64,000 bases of DNA from Bradymonadia bacterium (GCA_046290225.1 JBKAGE010000036.1:288001-352000); one strand, 5' to 3'. Positions 1 to 10,600 are shown, counted from the first letter of the stretch. Numbers and translations: made by a program. Notes: generated by a model not told the origin, from the sequence alone.

Positions 1-48
1 CGAGCTGTTGACGGGGAGTGCCCGTCAAATCGACCGTGGACATGTTCA

Positions 49-738
49 TCAATCGATCCCCAGGGAGAGGCTGCTCCCTTCGAAACGGCTCGCCCGAGTC
101 AGGGTGAGCACCGCCTCCTCCGACATGCCCACGGATTGTATTTCGAGGACCACAGCCGAAGCAGAGCCCTTCCAGATGCGCCGGCCATCCGCGTCGGTTT
201 CAGGCTCGCCCACCCCAGGGAGCCACCGCGCCACAAAGGCGTCGGCCCCGCCTGTCTCGATCTCGGCGCGGAGGATCACCTTGAACAGCCCCTCGCCATC
301 GAGGTGCAGGTGACCCCTCCAGGTGCGCCCCTGCCAGGGGATGTCGTCAGAGGGCAAAAAGACCATCTGACCGCCCTTGATCAGACGGCGTACCTTCTTG
401 CTCGACCCCGCTGAGCGCCTCAACGTGGAGATGGCCTTGTAGAGCGCCCTGGTGTCAGCGCCCCATGCAAAGGCGCCGAGGCTCTCGCTGGTCAGCAGAT
501 TCGATTTGGGTGAAGCGGCGTCGTCTTTCTGTGGAGCGGCCGCTTGGGCATCCTCGGCCTTCACCTTGGGGCTGGTGCCCTCGGACGTGTTCCCGGCGGT
601 GCCTTTGGCGCCCCCTTCGGGGCCACTCTTGAGGTTCACCTTCAGCGGGGGATCAGCGTGGACCGGCTCGGTCGAAAGACAGAGTGCCCCGGCGCTGAAG
701 CTCAGGACAACAAGGGCGGTGGGGAGGGTATGGGGCAT
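49..738 (-). CDS. Hypothetical exported protein
   Basis: N-terminal hydrophobic signal-like segment ending VHA-D, a low-complexity linker, then a globular C-terminus. Last gene of the co-oriented run 3893->49. Confidence 0.6.
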   Translation of the reverse strand: MPHTLPTALVVLSFSAGALCLSTEPVHADPPLKVNLKSGPEGGAKGTAGNTSEGTSPKVKAEDAQAAAPQKDDAASPKSNLLTSESLGAFAWGADTRALYKAISTLRRSAGSSKKVRRLIKGGQMVFLPSDDIPWQGRTWRGHLHLDGEGLFKVILRAEIETGGADAFVARWLPGVGEPETDADGRRIWKGSASAVVLEIQSVGMSEEAVLTLTRASRFEGSSLSLGID

Positions 739-761
739 GGCTCGCTCACAATCACGACGGA

Positions 762-1073
762 TCAGGCGGCCATTTTATCCTTTCGGCGCCCCAGGAAGAA
801 GAGCACCACGGCGAGACCGCCGAGACCACCCATTGCGGGGCCGGCGTAATCGAGGCCCAACTTGAAGGTGTCCTCCCAGCGCGTCTCGATGACCGGATCG
901 CCGAAATCATCGAGCTTGGGGTTCCCCTTCTCGTCTTTCACGGGCTCGGTGACCTTCTTCTGGGTCAGGGTGGCCATGCGCGGGGCCCATTCGGGCTCGG
1001 TCTGTGCGTGGGCCAACCAGGTCCCGAGCACAGCGAAAGATCCGAGCAGGCAGAGTGCGGCGAGCTTTTTCAC
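762..1073 (-). CDS. Small membrane protein (signal peptide plus C-terminal TM and basic tail)
   Basis: GTG start overlaps the YceI stop (GTGA). MKKLAALCLL...AHA signal, then C-terminal GLGGLAVVLFFLG-RRK anchor. Confidence 0.7.
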   Translation of the reverse strand: MKKLAALCLLGSFAVLGTWLAHAQTEPEWAPRMATLTQKKVTEPVKDEKGNPKLDDFGDPVIETRWEDTFKLGLDYAGPAMGGLGGLAVVLFFLGRRKDKMAA

Positions 1074-1657
1074 TTGGCCACGCCCTTCAGAGCACCCTTG
1101 ATCTGGATCGTCTCGCCGACCTTCTTGCCGACGACGCCGTCCTTGCCCTTCACCTGGTAGTCGGCGAGCTTCACCTCGAAGGTGGCCTCCACCTTCACCT
1201 TGTCACCCTTCCACTTCACCGTGACGGGGGTGGTCATGGGGGTGGTCACACCGTGCAGGGTGAACTTGCCGGTGGCGTGCAGGGTGGCGATCTTCACCTC
1301 GCCCTTGGCCTCGGTGCCCTTCACCTCGGCCTTCTCGATCTCGAAGGTGATGTTGGGGAACTTCTCGGCGTCGAGCCACTCTGCAGAGCGCAGGTGCTCG
1401 TCACGGGTGTCGTTGCCGGTCTTCATGCTGGCCACGGGCACGGTGAGAGTGCCCTTGGTGGCGGCGAGGTTGTCGAAGTCGGTCTCGACGGTGCCCTTCA
1501 CCTCAGGCGCGGTGCCGAAGATCTTCTCGAGGGGGGCGTCGCTGACGAACTCGAACTGCCCGGCGAGGTCCACCTTCTTAGGCGCGGCGCTGGCCACGGT
1601 GGCACCGAGGGTGAGCGCACAGAACAGAGCGGACATGATGCGGGTACGGCGGGACAT
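1070..1657 (-). CDS. yceI: YceI-family (polyisoprenoid-binding) periplasmic protein
   Basis: Signal peptide; motifs TGNDTRDEHLRSAEWLDAEKFPNITF and GKFTLHGVT; GGAGG RBS. Confidence 0.9.
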   Translation of the reverse strand: MSRRTRIMSALFCALTLGATVASAAPKKVDLAGQFEFVSDAPLEKIFGTAPEVKGTVETDFDNLAATKGTLTVPVASMKTGNDTRDEHLRSAEWLDAEKFPNITFEIEKAEVKGTEAKGEVKIATLHATGKFTLHGVTTPMTTPVTVKWKGDKVKVEATFEVKLADYQVKGKDGVVGKKVGETIQIKGALKGVAK

Positions 1658-1701
1658 GATCGTCTCCTCCAGAGGTCGGTCGGGGCGAAAGTGACCCGAC
1701 G

Positions 1702-3039
1702 TCAGTAGAACAAATGAAGCTGTACGGTGGATTGCCCGAACTTGAAGGCGTCGGTCTCCACGTACCGGTACTCAGGGCGAACTTCGACGAAGGGCAACGG
1801 GAACCATTCGAGGCCGGCGACATATTGTGTCGTCGCGAAGGTGGTGCCGTTGAAGTCAGCGTCCCCAACTTCTGCACGGGCGTTGGCCACGAGCCAGTCC
1901 CAGAAGGCATAGCTCGCCATCACCGAGACCGTCTGAGTGGTGATCTCAAGTTCGGTCATCGGGATCTCCGCCGTGCGACTGGATCGCGAAAGCTCAGCCT
2001 GGAGAGTGGCGCCGAAGTCACTGCCCACACCAGCAAAGTAGTGCTCGAGACGGTAGTCACCGCTGGCGAACACCGATGCCCCGAGCCACCCGTTGAGGGT
2101 GAATGATGTCGGCGTCTTCGGCTCGGCGTCGAAGTCATCGAAGTCGTCGAACCCGTCGCCCTCCTCTTCGCCTCCGAAGGTGAACCGCTTCTGGGGCAGC
2201 CATTGCAGCCGGCCCAGGTAGGCCATATCTCCGATGTCAGCCGTCGTGGAAGACCCATTGAGCAAGTCATCGAGGTTGGTGGCGTCGTACACACCCACGT
2301 CGGCCCTCAGCCACGAGATGGGCTGATATGACAGCTCGCCGCCCAGCTCGGCATAGTTCGTGGGCACCAGGGGCTGGCGCTGGCCGTGGCTGCGGCTGAG
2401 GATGGTGTGATCATCGTGACGGATGCCGATGGAGGGCACGATCATACCCGCTCGAACCGTGGGCAAATCCGGGCTCGGGGCCGCCACCACCTCAGCGGTG
2501 TAACAGCTCATGCCGGGCCAGGTGTCCTGACAGGCAGTGTCATCATCATCCGCCCACAGACCCTCGTCGAAGCTGTAGCTGGCGGAGAGGGTGAGCCAGT
2601 CGGTGGGGTGCAGCGCCACATAGGGCTGCATCTGCATCCAGAACATCTCGAACTCGGGGGTGGCTGTGCCGCCCTGACCATCAGGGGTAGGCACTCCGAG
2701 GCGCACACCCTGATAGCGCACGTCGGCGCCCACGGAGATGAGCTCGAAGAGCTGGTTGGTCTCCTGGTGATGGGCCGCGTCCAACCCCATGTCACCGAAG
2801 TTCAGGGTGGCCACCTTGTTCATCGAGGTGAACCCCAGCTCGTTGCGCATGCCTCCGCCGGAGGGTGACACGTGACACGTGGCGCACGGTGAGCCTGCGG
2901 TGAGTGACATACGCGGTAGAGCGTGTGCCTCCTGAGGTGTCCAGAGAGGGAAGGCGATCAAGATGCCCACGGTGAGGAGGGCGGCGCGGGTCCAGCGGCG
3001 GACGCCGGAACGCGAAACGCGAGCGAGAGCCATCGACAC
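1702..3039 (-). CDS. Monoheme cytochrome c / outer-membrane beta-barrel fusion (Cyc2-like architecture)
   Basis: Signal peptide ending AHA, then LP-x-G-x-CATCH at the mature N-terminus. The rest has amphipathic beta-strands and ends in aromatic residues (QLHLFY). Confidence 0.7.
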   Translation of the reverse strand: MSMALARVSRSGVRRWTRAALLTVGILIAFPLWTPQEAHALPRMSLTAGSPCATCHVSPSGGGMRNELGFTSMNKVATLNFGDMGLDAAHHQETNQLFELISVGADVRYQGVRLGVPTPDGQGGTATPEFEMFWMQMQPYVALHPTDWLTLSASYSFDEGLWADDDDTACQDTWPGMSCYTAEVVAAPSPDLPTVRAGMIVPSIGIRHDDHTILSRSHGQRQPLVPTNYAELGGELSYQPISWLRADVGVYDATNLDDLLNGSSTTADIGDMAYLGRLQWLPQKRFTFGGEEEGDGFDDFDDFDAEPKTPTSFTLNGWLGASVFASGDYRLEHYFAGVGSDFGATLQAELSRSSRTAEIPMTELEITTQTVSVMASYAFWDWLVANARAEVGDADFNGTTFATTQYVAGLEWFPLPFVEVRPEYRYVETDAFKFGQSTVQLHLFY

Positions 3040-3044
3040 TTCCT

Positions 3045-3893
3045 TTAGCGGTCAGGTGTGGCCAGGGCGATCTGCAGGGTCTCGGCGCCGATGTGGTGCC
3101 GAGAGAGGTAGAAGGGGCGGGTGTCGACGTGAAGCGCCATCTTTGTCCCCGGCGCCGGGCGCCGATCTCGGACCTCGAAGGCAGCGGGGCCAACAGCGGC
3201 TCGGCGAATGACGGCGAGCTCGTGGCCGCTCACGTTCACGGCGACGGCGCCGCCGACCACGTTGAGGGGCGCAAAGGCGGGATCATTCAAGTCGAGGGTC
3301 AGCTCATCGTCGAACACCTCGACGATGACAGGCACTGCGGCGAGAGCCTGAGACTCCCCCTCCGTCGAACCCACCTCGAGGACCCCCTCCCCCGTCTCGG
3401 CGTCGAAGGTCACGGGGTAGGCCACAAGGTCACGGGGCGAGGGGCCGCTCACCTGCTTGCCTTCAGTGTCGAAGATGGAGGCGTGGCAGTTGCACCAGAG
3501 GGTCATGGTGCCCGCGTCCCAAGAGCCGACACCGCCCTGAGCGAAGGGCGTCATGTCGCACATCTCGTGTGGGCAGATACGCTCGAGGGCCACTACCCGG
3601 GTGTCGTCGGCCCGAATCAGCAGAATGGCCAGCGGGCCAGCATCCACGGGCACCATACCGCCGGGCTCTGCGAGGGCGGCGTACGTCGCATCTGCCACGT
3701 TGAAGTTGATGCCCTCTGCAGGTGGTGGCCCGCCGGCATCTTTCAACTCGGAGATCGTACACCCGGGCAGCGCCGAAACCAGGGCCACAACACCGGCCCC
3801 TCCGAGCAGGCCCTTGAGGACCTCTCGTCGATTGGTGGCACATGAACCACCACAAGTAGAAGCAGATGCAGGAGGCTTCGGAGCTTTGGTCAT
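3045..3893 (-). CDS. Tat-exported Rieske [2Fe-2S] lipoprotein
   Basis: NRREVL twin-arginine motif with LPGC lipobox; Rieske boxes CPH and CNCHASIFD; GPSPRDL motif. Confidence 0.85.
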   Translation of the reverse strand: MTKAPKPPASASTCGGSCATNRREVLKGLLGGAGVVALVSALPGCTISELKDAGGPPPAEGINFNVADATYAALAEPGGMVPVDAGPLAILLIRADDTRVVALERICPHEMCDMTPFAQGGVGSWDAGTMTLWCNCHASIFDTEGKQVSGPSPRDLVAYPVTFDAETGEGVLEVGSTEGESQALAAVPVIVEVFDDELTLDLNDPAFAPLNVVGGAVAVNVSGHELAVIRRAAVGPAAFEVRDRRPAPGTKMALHVDTRPFYLSRHHIGAETLQIALATPDR

Positions 3894-4036
3894 GAGAACC
3901 TCGTCGTCAACGACGCTGAAGGGTGTTGGTCTGGTGCAGTAGCCCCCTCCAGAGGGAGCGTCAAGGATTCCACCCTGGCTGTGGCGCCTTTGGTTCCCCA
4001 GTACGGACCTTCGACACAGGTGTTACAGACAAACCG

Positions 4037-5692
4037 TCAGGGCTCTGGCGGTGGCTCCGGCACGCAGATCTGACTGCCCTGCTCCTGCTCACAGCTGTAG
4101 CCTGAGGGGCAGTCGAGATCGTTGCGGCAGAACAGAGAGCAGTACGCCTCATCGGGATCATCCCCTGGCTCTACACAGGTGAGGGTCGGGCACTGATCCC
4201 CGATGAGCTCTGCCGCCTGCGCCGCGCATCGATAGCCAGAAGCAGCCATGCAAATGCCCGGTCGCCCGGCGTCACCGCTCAGCTCGGGGGCAAAGAAGCA
4301 CCCATAACCATCAGGGCAATCGGCAGCACTGGCGCACGTACATGAGCAATATCCGTTCTGGCCCTGCCCCAGGGCATTCGGCACGTTGATGCACAGGTAC
4401 ACATCGAGGGGGTCACGGTTCACCGGGACCTGACACAAGCCAGAGCCGAGGCAGAAATCCCGGAAGCCTCCCTGGCACTGCACCATCCGCCGTACATCTG
4501 GAGCACAGGCCCGCACAGGGCCCTGATCACTCTGGATGACCTCGCAGCTGAAGCCTGCAGGGCAACGGCGATCGTTCTCGCACCGGCTGGCACACACCGC
4601 CTGGATCGTCATCCACGGCACATTGGGATCTGGAGGCGTGAGACAAAGCCCCTCGACACATCCACCGGCGTCGACACAGGGCACCCCCGTCTCGTTCCGG
4701 AAGCACACCCCCTGGCCACCTTCGGCGTTGAGGCACACATCGATGCCTGGGCAGTCGTCTGCAGAGGCACACAGCTGAGTGCACACCCCACCAGCCCGGT
4801 CAGGATCATCGACACACAGCTCGCTCTCACACTGAGCCGCCGCGTCGCAGGGCTCGCCATACCCCAAGCGAGGCGGCGCAGCGTCGGGGATCTCCATATC
4901 GGGTACCTCTGCATCAGGCACCTCTGCATCGGGTACCTCTGCATCCGGTGTCTCTGCATCGGGTACCTCTGCATCGGGTACCTCTGCATCCGGAATCTCC
5001 GCATCGGGCACCTCAACATCAGGCAACTCAGCATCAGGTACGGCTGAATCAGGCATCTCCGCGTCGGGGAGGCCAGCATCTGGCACCTCAGCGTCCATCA
5101 CCCCGGCATCTGCCAGCTGAGCGTCGGGCACCTCTGCATCGGGCAGCTCAGGACACGCCAGTCGTCGAGGCACGCACTGGCTCGAGCCCTCGTCGAGCAC
5201 GTCGCGGCACTCGTAATCTTCAGGACAGCCAGCATCACTTGTGCAATCGAGGCCACACACCTCAGAGCCACCGAGGGTGTAGCACGCCCCATTCGGGCAG
5301 CCCTCATCAGATGAACAGGGTGTGCACAATGCATGGTCGACCGGCCCCTCGGGCGGGAAACAAATCGACACCGCATCAGCGCCCGTATTCTGGACCACGC
5401 GACAGGACCAGTCATCGGGACATCCCTCGTCGAGACAGAGCACAGTGCACAGCCGCCGTGCCCCTGCCTCGACACACCATCCACTCTCACAATCGATGTT
5501 GTCTTCACAGGGCGCCATGAAGCCCCCCAGAGCCCCACCATCAGGCACAGCGGCATCTCGGGTTGGCGTGATCAGGCCCTGATCTCGCTCCGGACCCGGC
5601 TGCCGGGCATCTGGCCCGGTCGATGGCGCAGCGGCGTCAGAGCATCCCCACACAGACGCCAACAGCAGACATAGAGTAATTTTAGAAGACAT
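4037..5692 (-). CDS. Cysteine-rich surface lipoprotein with PDAEx linker repeats
   Basis: ATG at 5692 gives MSSKITLCLLLASVWG-C lipobox. Many CxxDxxCP-GyxC modules flank an acidic Pro-rich repeat. Confidence 0.75.
   Translation of the reverse strand: MSSKITLCLLLASVWGCSDAAAPSTGPDARQPGPERDQGLITPTRDAAVPDGGALGGFMAPCEDNIDCESGWCVEAGARRLCTVLCLDEGCPDDWSCRVVQNTGADAVSICFPPEGPVDHALCTPCSSDEGCPNGACYTLGGSEVCGLDCTSDAGCPEDYECRDVLDEGSSQCVPRRLACPELPDAEVPDAQLADAGVMDAEVPDAGLPDAEMPDSAVPDAELPDVEVPDAEIPDAEVPDAEVPDAETPDAEVPDAEVPDAEVPDMEIPDAAPPRLGYGEPCDAAAQCESELCVDDPDRAGGVCTQLCASADDCPGIDVCLNAEGGQGVCFRNETGVPCVDAGGCVEGLCLTPPDPNVPWMTIQAVCASRCENDRRCPAGFSCEVIQSDQGPVRACAPDVRRMVQCQGGFRDFCLGSGLCQVPVNRDPLDVYLCINVPNALGQGQNGYCSCTCASAADCPDGYGCFFAPELSGDAGRPGICMAASGYRCAAQAAELIGDQCPTLTCVEPGDDPDEAYCSLFCRNDLDCPSGYSCEQEQGSQICVPEPPPEP
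4880..5145 (-). repeat. 15-bp coding tandem repeat (PDAEV-type pentapeptide)
   Basis: Near-identical GCATCGGGTACCTCT units around 4896-4995, with degenerate copies to about 5145. Confidence 0.9.
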
Positions 5693-6221
5693 AACGAGGC
5701 GCCCCCTCGGCGAATCGACCACCGAGCGCCCTGCACAGAGACTCCAGAGCCGTCTGATCCGCAGCGGTGAAGGCCGCGGGATGATCGCTGTCAAGATCCA
5801 GCACCCCGAGCAACTCGTCCTCAGGTGTCAGAATGGGGATCACGAGCTCGGAGACAGTGCTCGACGAGCACGCGATGTGTCCGGGGAATGTATGGACATC
5901 ATCGAGACGGATGGTCTTGCGCTCTCTCGCCGCAGCGCCACACACCCCGCGCTCAAAGGCGATGCGCAAACAGCCATGGCTGCCCTGATACGGGCCCACG
6001 ATCAACTCGGGATGTCCGTGCGGATGCACTCGATACACCCCAGTCCAGTGAAAGTACTCGAAGGCGTGATGGAGCTCGCAGACCACCGTACACAGTGCTG
6101 AGATCCAATCGTCCTCGCCATCGAGGAGGGCGTTCAGACTCTCACTGACCTCCTGGTGACGTTGAAGACGTTCGGACTCAGGGGCAGTGACGGGTAGGGG
6201 TCGAGGGTGGGTGTGGTTCAT
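5682..6221 (-). CDS. msrC: GAF-domain protein, free methionine-R-sulfoxide reductase type
   Basis: Motifs FHWTGVY, GPYQG..GCLRI, GVCG, HIACS..SELVIP and LGVLDLDS. Confidence 0.8.
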   Translation of the reverse strand: MNHTHPRPLPVTAPESERLQRHQEVSESLNALLDGEDDWISALCTVVCELHHAFEYFHWTGVYRVHPHGHPELIVGPYQGSHGCLRIAFERGVCGAAARERKTIRLDDVHTFPGHIACSSSTVSELVIPILTPEDELLGVLDLDSDHPAAFTAADQTALESLCRALGGRFAEGAPRYVF

Positions 6222-6759
6222 CAGCAGCGCTCTGTATGTGTGTTTCGCCAGAGCATACCCCCAAATCGGGATCGATCACCTCATCCTCGAACAGGGCCCC
6301 GATACACCCTCTCAGCTCGTCCATTTGTCCGTGCCCCAGACGCTGGCCGACACGACTGCCGTAGTAGAGCCCTCCAGCCCCGAGGCAGGCCCCAGGCACC
6401 CCCCAGAATGCCCATGCTGACTGGCCGAGGGTGATTTGAGCGAGCCCCCAGCATGCCCCCATGATGGCCACGAAGGCCATGAGGGCATATGCACTCATGA
6501 AGAGGGTCCAGATGTTGGGGTGTGGGGCAAATCGGCCATACAGTCGGGTGCCCCCCGATGCGTGGGGGACAGCCTTCATGGAGAGCCAGGGTGACCAGAC
6601 ATGACGCCGGGCCTCGGGCACCAGCACATCCACTTGACTCGCCGTGGTCATGATGCCACAGGCACAGGCAGGATCAGAGGACCAGCGGCGGATCCGCTCG
6701 ATGGCCTCTTCTTGCTCCAGAGATACCGTCAGCTCAAAGGCAGGCCGCAGAGTGAGCAT
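6178..6759 (-). CDS. Hypothetical membrane protein (2 TM)
   Basis: WSPWL and GRFAPHPNIWT precede two hydrophobic helices; co-oriented with and overlapping msrC. Confidence 0.7.
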   Translation of the reverse strand: MLTLRPAFELTVSLEQEEAIERIRRWSSDPACACGIMTTASQVDVLVPEARRHVWSPWLSMKAVPHASGGTRLYGRFAPHPNIWTLFMSAYALMAFVAIMGACWGLAQITLGQSAWAFWGVPGACLGAGGLYYGSRVGQRLGHGQMDELRGCIGALFEDEVIDPDLGVCSGETHIQSAADEPHPPSTPTRHCP

Positions 6760-6851
6760 GGCAGATCTCCAAGGGACGCGAACACACCTTCACACCAGCA
6801 TACATGTACATGTTGACCACCCGTGATTCACAAAATCAAACAGGATGACAG

Positions 6852-7589
6852 ATGAGCCGCATCATCGTCTTCGGCGCCACGTCCAAAATCGCCACCGAGG
6901 CCATCGAGCGATGGGCCAGCAGAGGTGATCAACTCTACCTCGTGGGCCGAAACCCCGAAAAACTGCAGTCCCTCGTGGCTCGCCTGCCAGACCATACTGT
7001 GGCTGGCTCTCAGGCGGTCGACCTCGCCACGGCAGATGGCGCCGCTCTCGTCGCTGAAGGCATCGATGCCCTCGGTGGCCTCGACGTTGCCCTCATCGCC
7101 CACGGGCTCTTGAGCGATCAGATCTCCACCGAGCATGATCTCGACGCGGCTCGACACTGCTTCGAAGTCAACCTGCTCAGCGTCGTGGCGTTGTTGATTC
7201 CCCTGGCCAATCATTTCGAGACTCAGAGCTCCGGCCGACTCGCCGTCATCACTTCGGTGGCTGCAGAGCGTGGTCGGCCACGCAACTACACATATGGCGC
7301 AGCAAAGGCTGCCCTCAACACCTACCTGCAGGGTCTCCGAACCCGCCTGTACCCGCACGTCCACATCATCACTTTGAAGGTGGGGCCCACGGATACCCCC
7401 ATGACTGAAGATCACAGCAAACACCCCCTCTTCGCAGAGGCCCACACAGTGGGTGAAGGCATCGTCAAGGCGGTGGATGCGGGGGCCCCGGTGGCATGGC
7501 TGCCAGGTTACTGGCGCCCGCTGATGGGGGTGATTCGGAGATTGCCGGAGTCGGTGTTCTCGAGGGTGGGGTTTCTCGGCGGGCGCTGA
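6852..7589 (+). CDS. Short-chain dehydrogenase/reductase (DprE2-like subfamily)
   Basis: GATSKIA variant Rossmann motif, TSVAAERGR, catalytic YGAAK, and GPTDTPMT. Confidence 0.85.
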   Translation: MSRIIVFGATSKIATEAIERWASRGDQLYLVGRNPEKLQSLVARLPDHTVAGSQAVDLATADGAALVAEGIDALGGLDVALIAHGLLSDQISTEHDLDAARHCFEVNLLSVVALLIPLANHFETQSSGRLAVITSVAAERGRPRNYTYGAAKAALNTYLQGLRTRLYPHVHIITLKVGPTDTPMTEDHSKHPLFAEAHTVGEGIVKAVDAGAPVAWLPGYWRPLMGVIRRLPESVFSRVGFLGGR

Positions 7590-7610
7590 TCGCTCAGGAG
7601 AAGCGAGCGA

Positions 7611-10600
7611 TCAGTCCGAGCCGCCGGGGTTGGGGTTCTCGGGATCGAGATCGTCGTCGGGGCAGAACTCGGGGCGTTCGTACTCCTGGTTCACAGCAGG
7701 ATACCGGGGCACGAGACACTTGTTGTAGCCCCGAATGGCGAGACAACGGATGTCGCGACTGCGGAAGTAGTCCAGGGCACCGATGACGTTGCCATCGTTG
7801 ACGAGCTCCATGCCCGCGGTCCGGGCCACAGAGACCTCTTGCACGTAGGGGTTGTTGAGACCACATACGTACTGCATGCGCATCTCGGACAGCTCGGTCC
7901 GGAACTTCACCGCCTCGATCATGCAGGCCTGCCAGGTCCGCACATAGGTGCCGTCGTTGTAGGCCTCCACCATGGAGTTGGCGAGGTCCATCAAGTTGAG
8001 CAGCAACGAGAGAGCGTCGCGATCGCTGAGGCATGCAGCATCAGCACATTCGCCGATGTCGATGCGGTTGCTCAGCAGCCGCTGAATGTCGCGGAGCTGA
8101 CCGAGGGCGTCGATGGCCTGAGCCCGACCTGGAGCGCTGTTGCCCAGATCGATGTAGGACTGAATCTCGGAAGCGAGGCGAGACATGGCCTGGCCCAGCT
8201 GGTTGTTCACCGGGTTGGACTCGATGGCCCGGTCGAGGAGGTCTTCGATGTCCGGCATAGCGAAGCCGTTGTACTCCGGCGCCTTACAGGGGTCGATGGC
8301 ATCACGCAGGTAGAAGTACGCCTCGTAGGTTGCCCGGAAGAGATCGCTGGCCTGGAAGGCGAGCAGACCGCCACGCACATTGGGCATGAAGTCGGGATCG
8401 TCGAAGATCTCGCGGCTCGAGGCGATGAAGTCCCCTGCTCGAAGCATGCTGGGATGATCGTCAGCGGCGAGAGGTGCACCACCATTCGCCGGATCGAGGA
8501 TCTCGCTCTGCATGGCCTCGACGCTCCTGAGGAGCGCCCGTGAGAGCACCCAGAGGCTGTCGCCGAGATCGGCACCCACACCCTGAGCACCCACCATGAG
8601 ACCCATGACGCGGCTCAGCGACTCGAAGGTGTTGCCTCGCAGGTCGTTCTGCTCCGCCCAGATGCCCTTGTTCAGCCATGCGACGGCATCGACGAGCAGA
8701 GCGTTGATGACCGGACCCTGATCCACGGCCTCGAGGACTTCCTGCACGTAGAGCATGGACTCGAGCAAGGTCATGGGTCGCACCACGACGTCGAAGGTGT
8801 GGTCCACCACAGAGTCGATGTCGCGGATCTGGACCGTCACCGTGTAGGTGCCCGCATCGCGCCAGGCGTGGCTGGTCGCGATGAGCTCGGGGCCAGAGTC
8901 GATGGGTGAGCCGTCACCCCAATCCCAGCGATACTCCAAAATCGGATCATCAGGTGAGCCCTGGAAGGCTTCCACCTCGAAGGGCCACTCGCGAATCTCG
9001 AAGGCGTCTACAGGGGCCTCGACACCGGCGATGACCGGCCCCACGTCGATGATGGCCACCGGGACCACCACCGTCGTGGAGTTGTCTTCGTCACTGACGG
9101 TGAGCAGCACGTTGTAGTTACGCTGCTGCAAGTAGCGGTGAGACACCTGGAGCAGCTCCAGACCACCACTCACAGTCTCGCCATCGCCGAAGTCCCACTC
9201 CACCGCGGTGAGCGGATCAGCCTGGGGGTTCGTGGAGAAGGAGCCAGTGGCGTCGAACTCCACAGGCAAGCCCTGGCTGGTCTCGTACGGGCCACCAGGC
9301 ACTGCCACAGGGGAAATGTCGTTGACCAGCACATCTACATTGGTCGTGGTCGTGGCGCCCTGACCATCGGTCACCCGCATGGTGCCGGTGATCATGCCGT
9401 TGTCCATGGGGGTGAAGCTGACGACCTCACCCAACAACTCATAGACCCCGTCGTTGTCCATGTCCCACTCAATGGAGGCGATGAAGTCCTCTTCCTCGGG
9501 GGCAGAGGAGTTCCCACCGTTGAGGGTGATCTCCTCACCCTCAAGGCCCAGGTAGGGGCCGCCGGGATCCGCCACAGGCGGGGCGTTGACGGTGAAGTTG
9601 CGCACAACGTTGTTGTCGCGACCCTGGCAATCAGAGACCGCGAGGTTGAGGGCGTAGCGCCCCTCAGCCTGAATCAAGGTGTTCTCGGCGTAGGGCGCAG
9701 CAGGGCCACCGTTGCGAGAGAGGGTGGACACCACACCGGTGCTGCACTGGGCAGGACCGATGAGATCCCAGTTGAGGCGGGCGTTGCTCACCACTGCGTT
9801 CTCTTCGGCGCCGGCGATCGTCACGTCGACCAGCTCGGCCACCAGGTAAGAGCGCGTGACCACCGTCTCATTGCCACAGGCATCTACGGCGGTGACGGTC
9901 ATGGTCCGGCCACAGGCATCGGCCACCTCTTCGCTCTGCAGCTGAGGCGCAGGATCGATGTCGTCGATGGCGTTGACCTGGGCGTCGGGGATCTCGTTGG
10001 CGTCGTAGCAGGCACCCTCGACGAGGAGGGCGTTCAACTGAACCTCGGGACCTTCACGATCGAAGATGACGTTACCGCCAGAGCCGATGGTGTGCTCCTC
10101 CTCCTCATCGTCGAGGACCACGAGGCGCAGCCCCGAAAGGCCATCGTCGAGGCCGGAGATGTCGATGGGCAGGGTGCCCTGCACGTCGTCGCCCGGCTGG
10201 GGCAGGTTCAGGTTGATGGGGCCACCCACCTGAGTGTCGCCGATGAAGGCGGTGACGACCACAGCGCCACCACCAGGCTGGCGGAGCACGAACTCCACGT
10301 TGGCCAGATCTTCGGTCACACAATCATCGGCACGGGGGGTGATGATCTCGCCGGTGGGCGGGATCTTGGAGCGCACCCGAATCTCGGTCTCCACCACCTC
10401 GGACCACTCGCCGAAGGCGTCGCGGGCCTTGAGACCCACGACCTGGGTGGTACCGACCTCCCAGGTCGGGTTGATGTAGTCGCGGACCACGTCACCGATG
10501 TAGTCGGTGCCTACGAGGCTGCCGGCACCATCAACATCTTCGCTGCCGTAGAGGCCATCACCGTCGGTGTCCCACCAGTAATCCTGGATGGCGTCACAGG

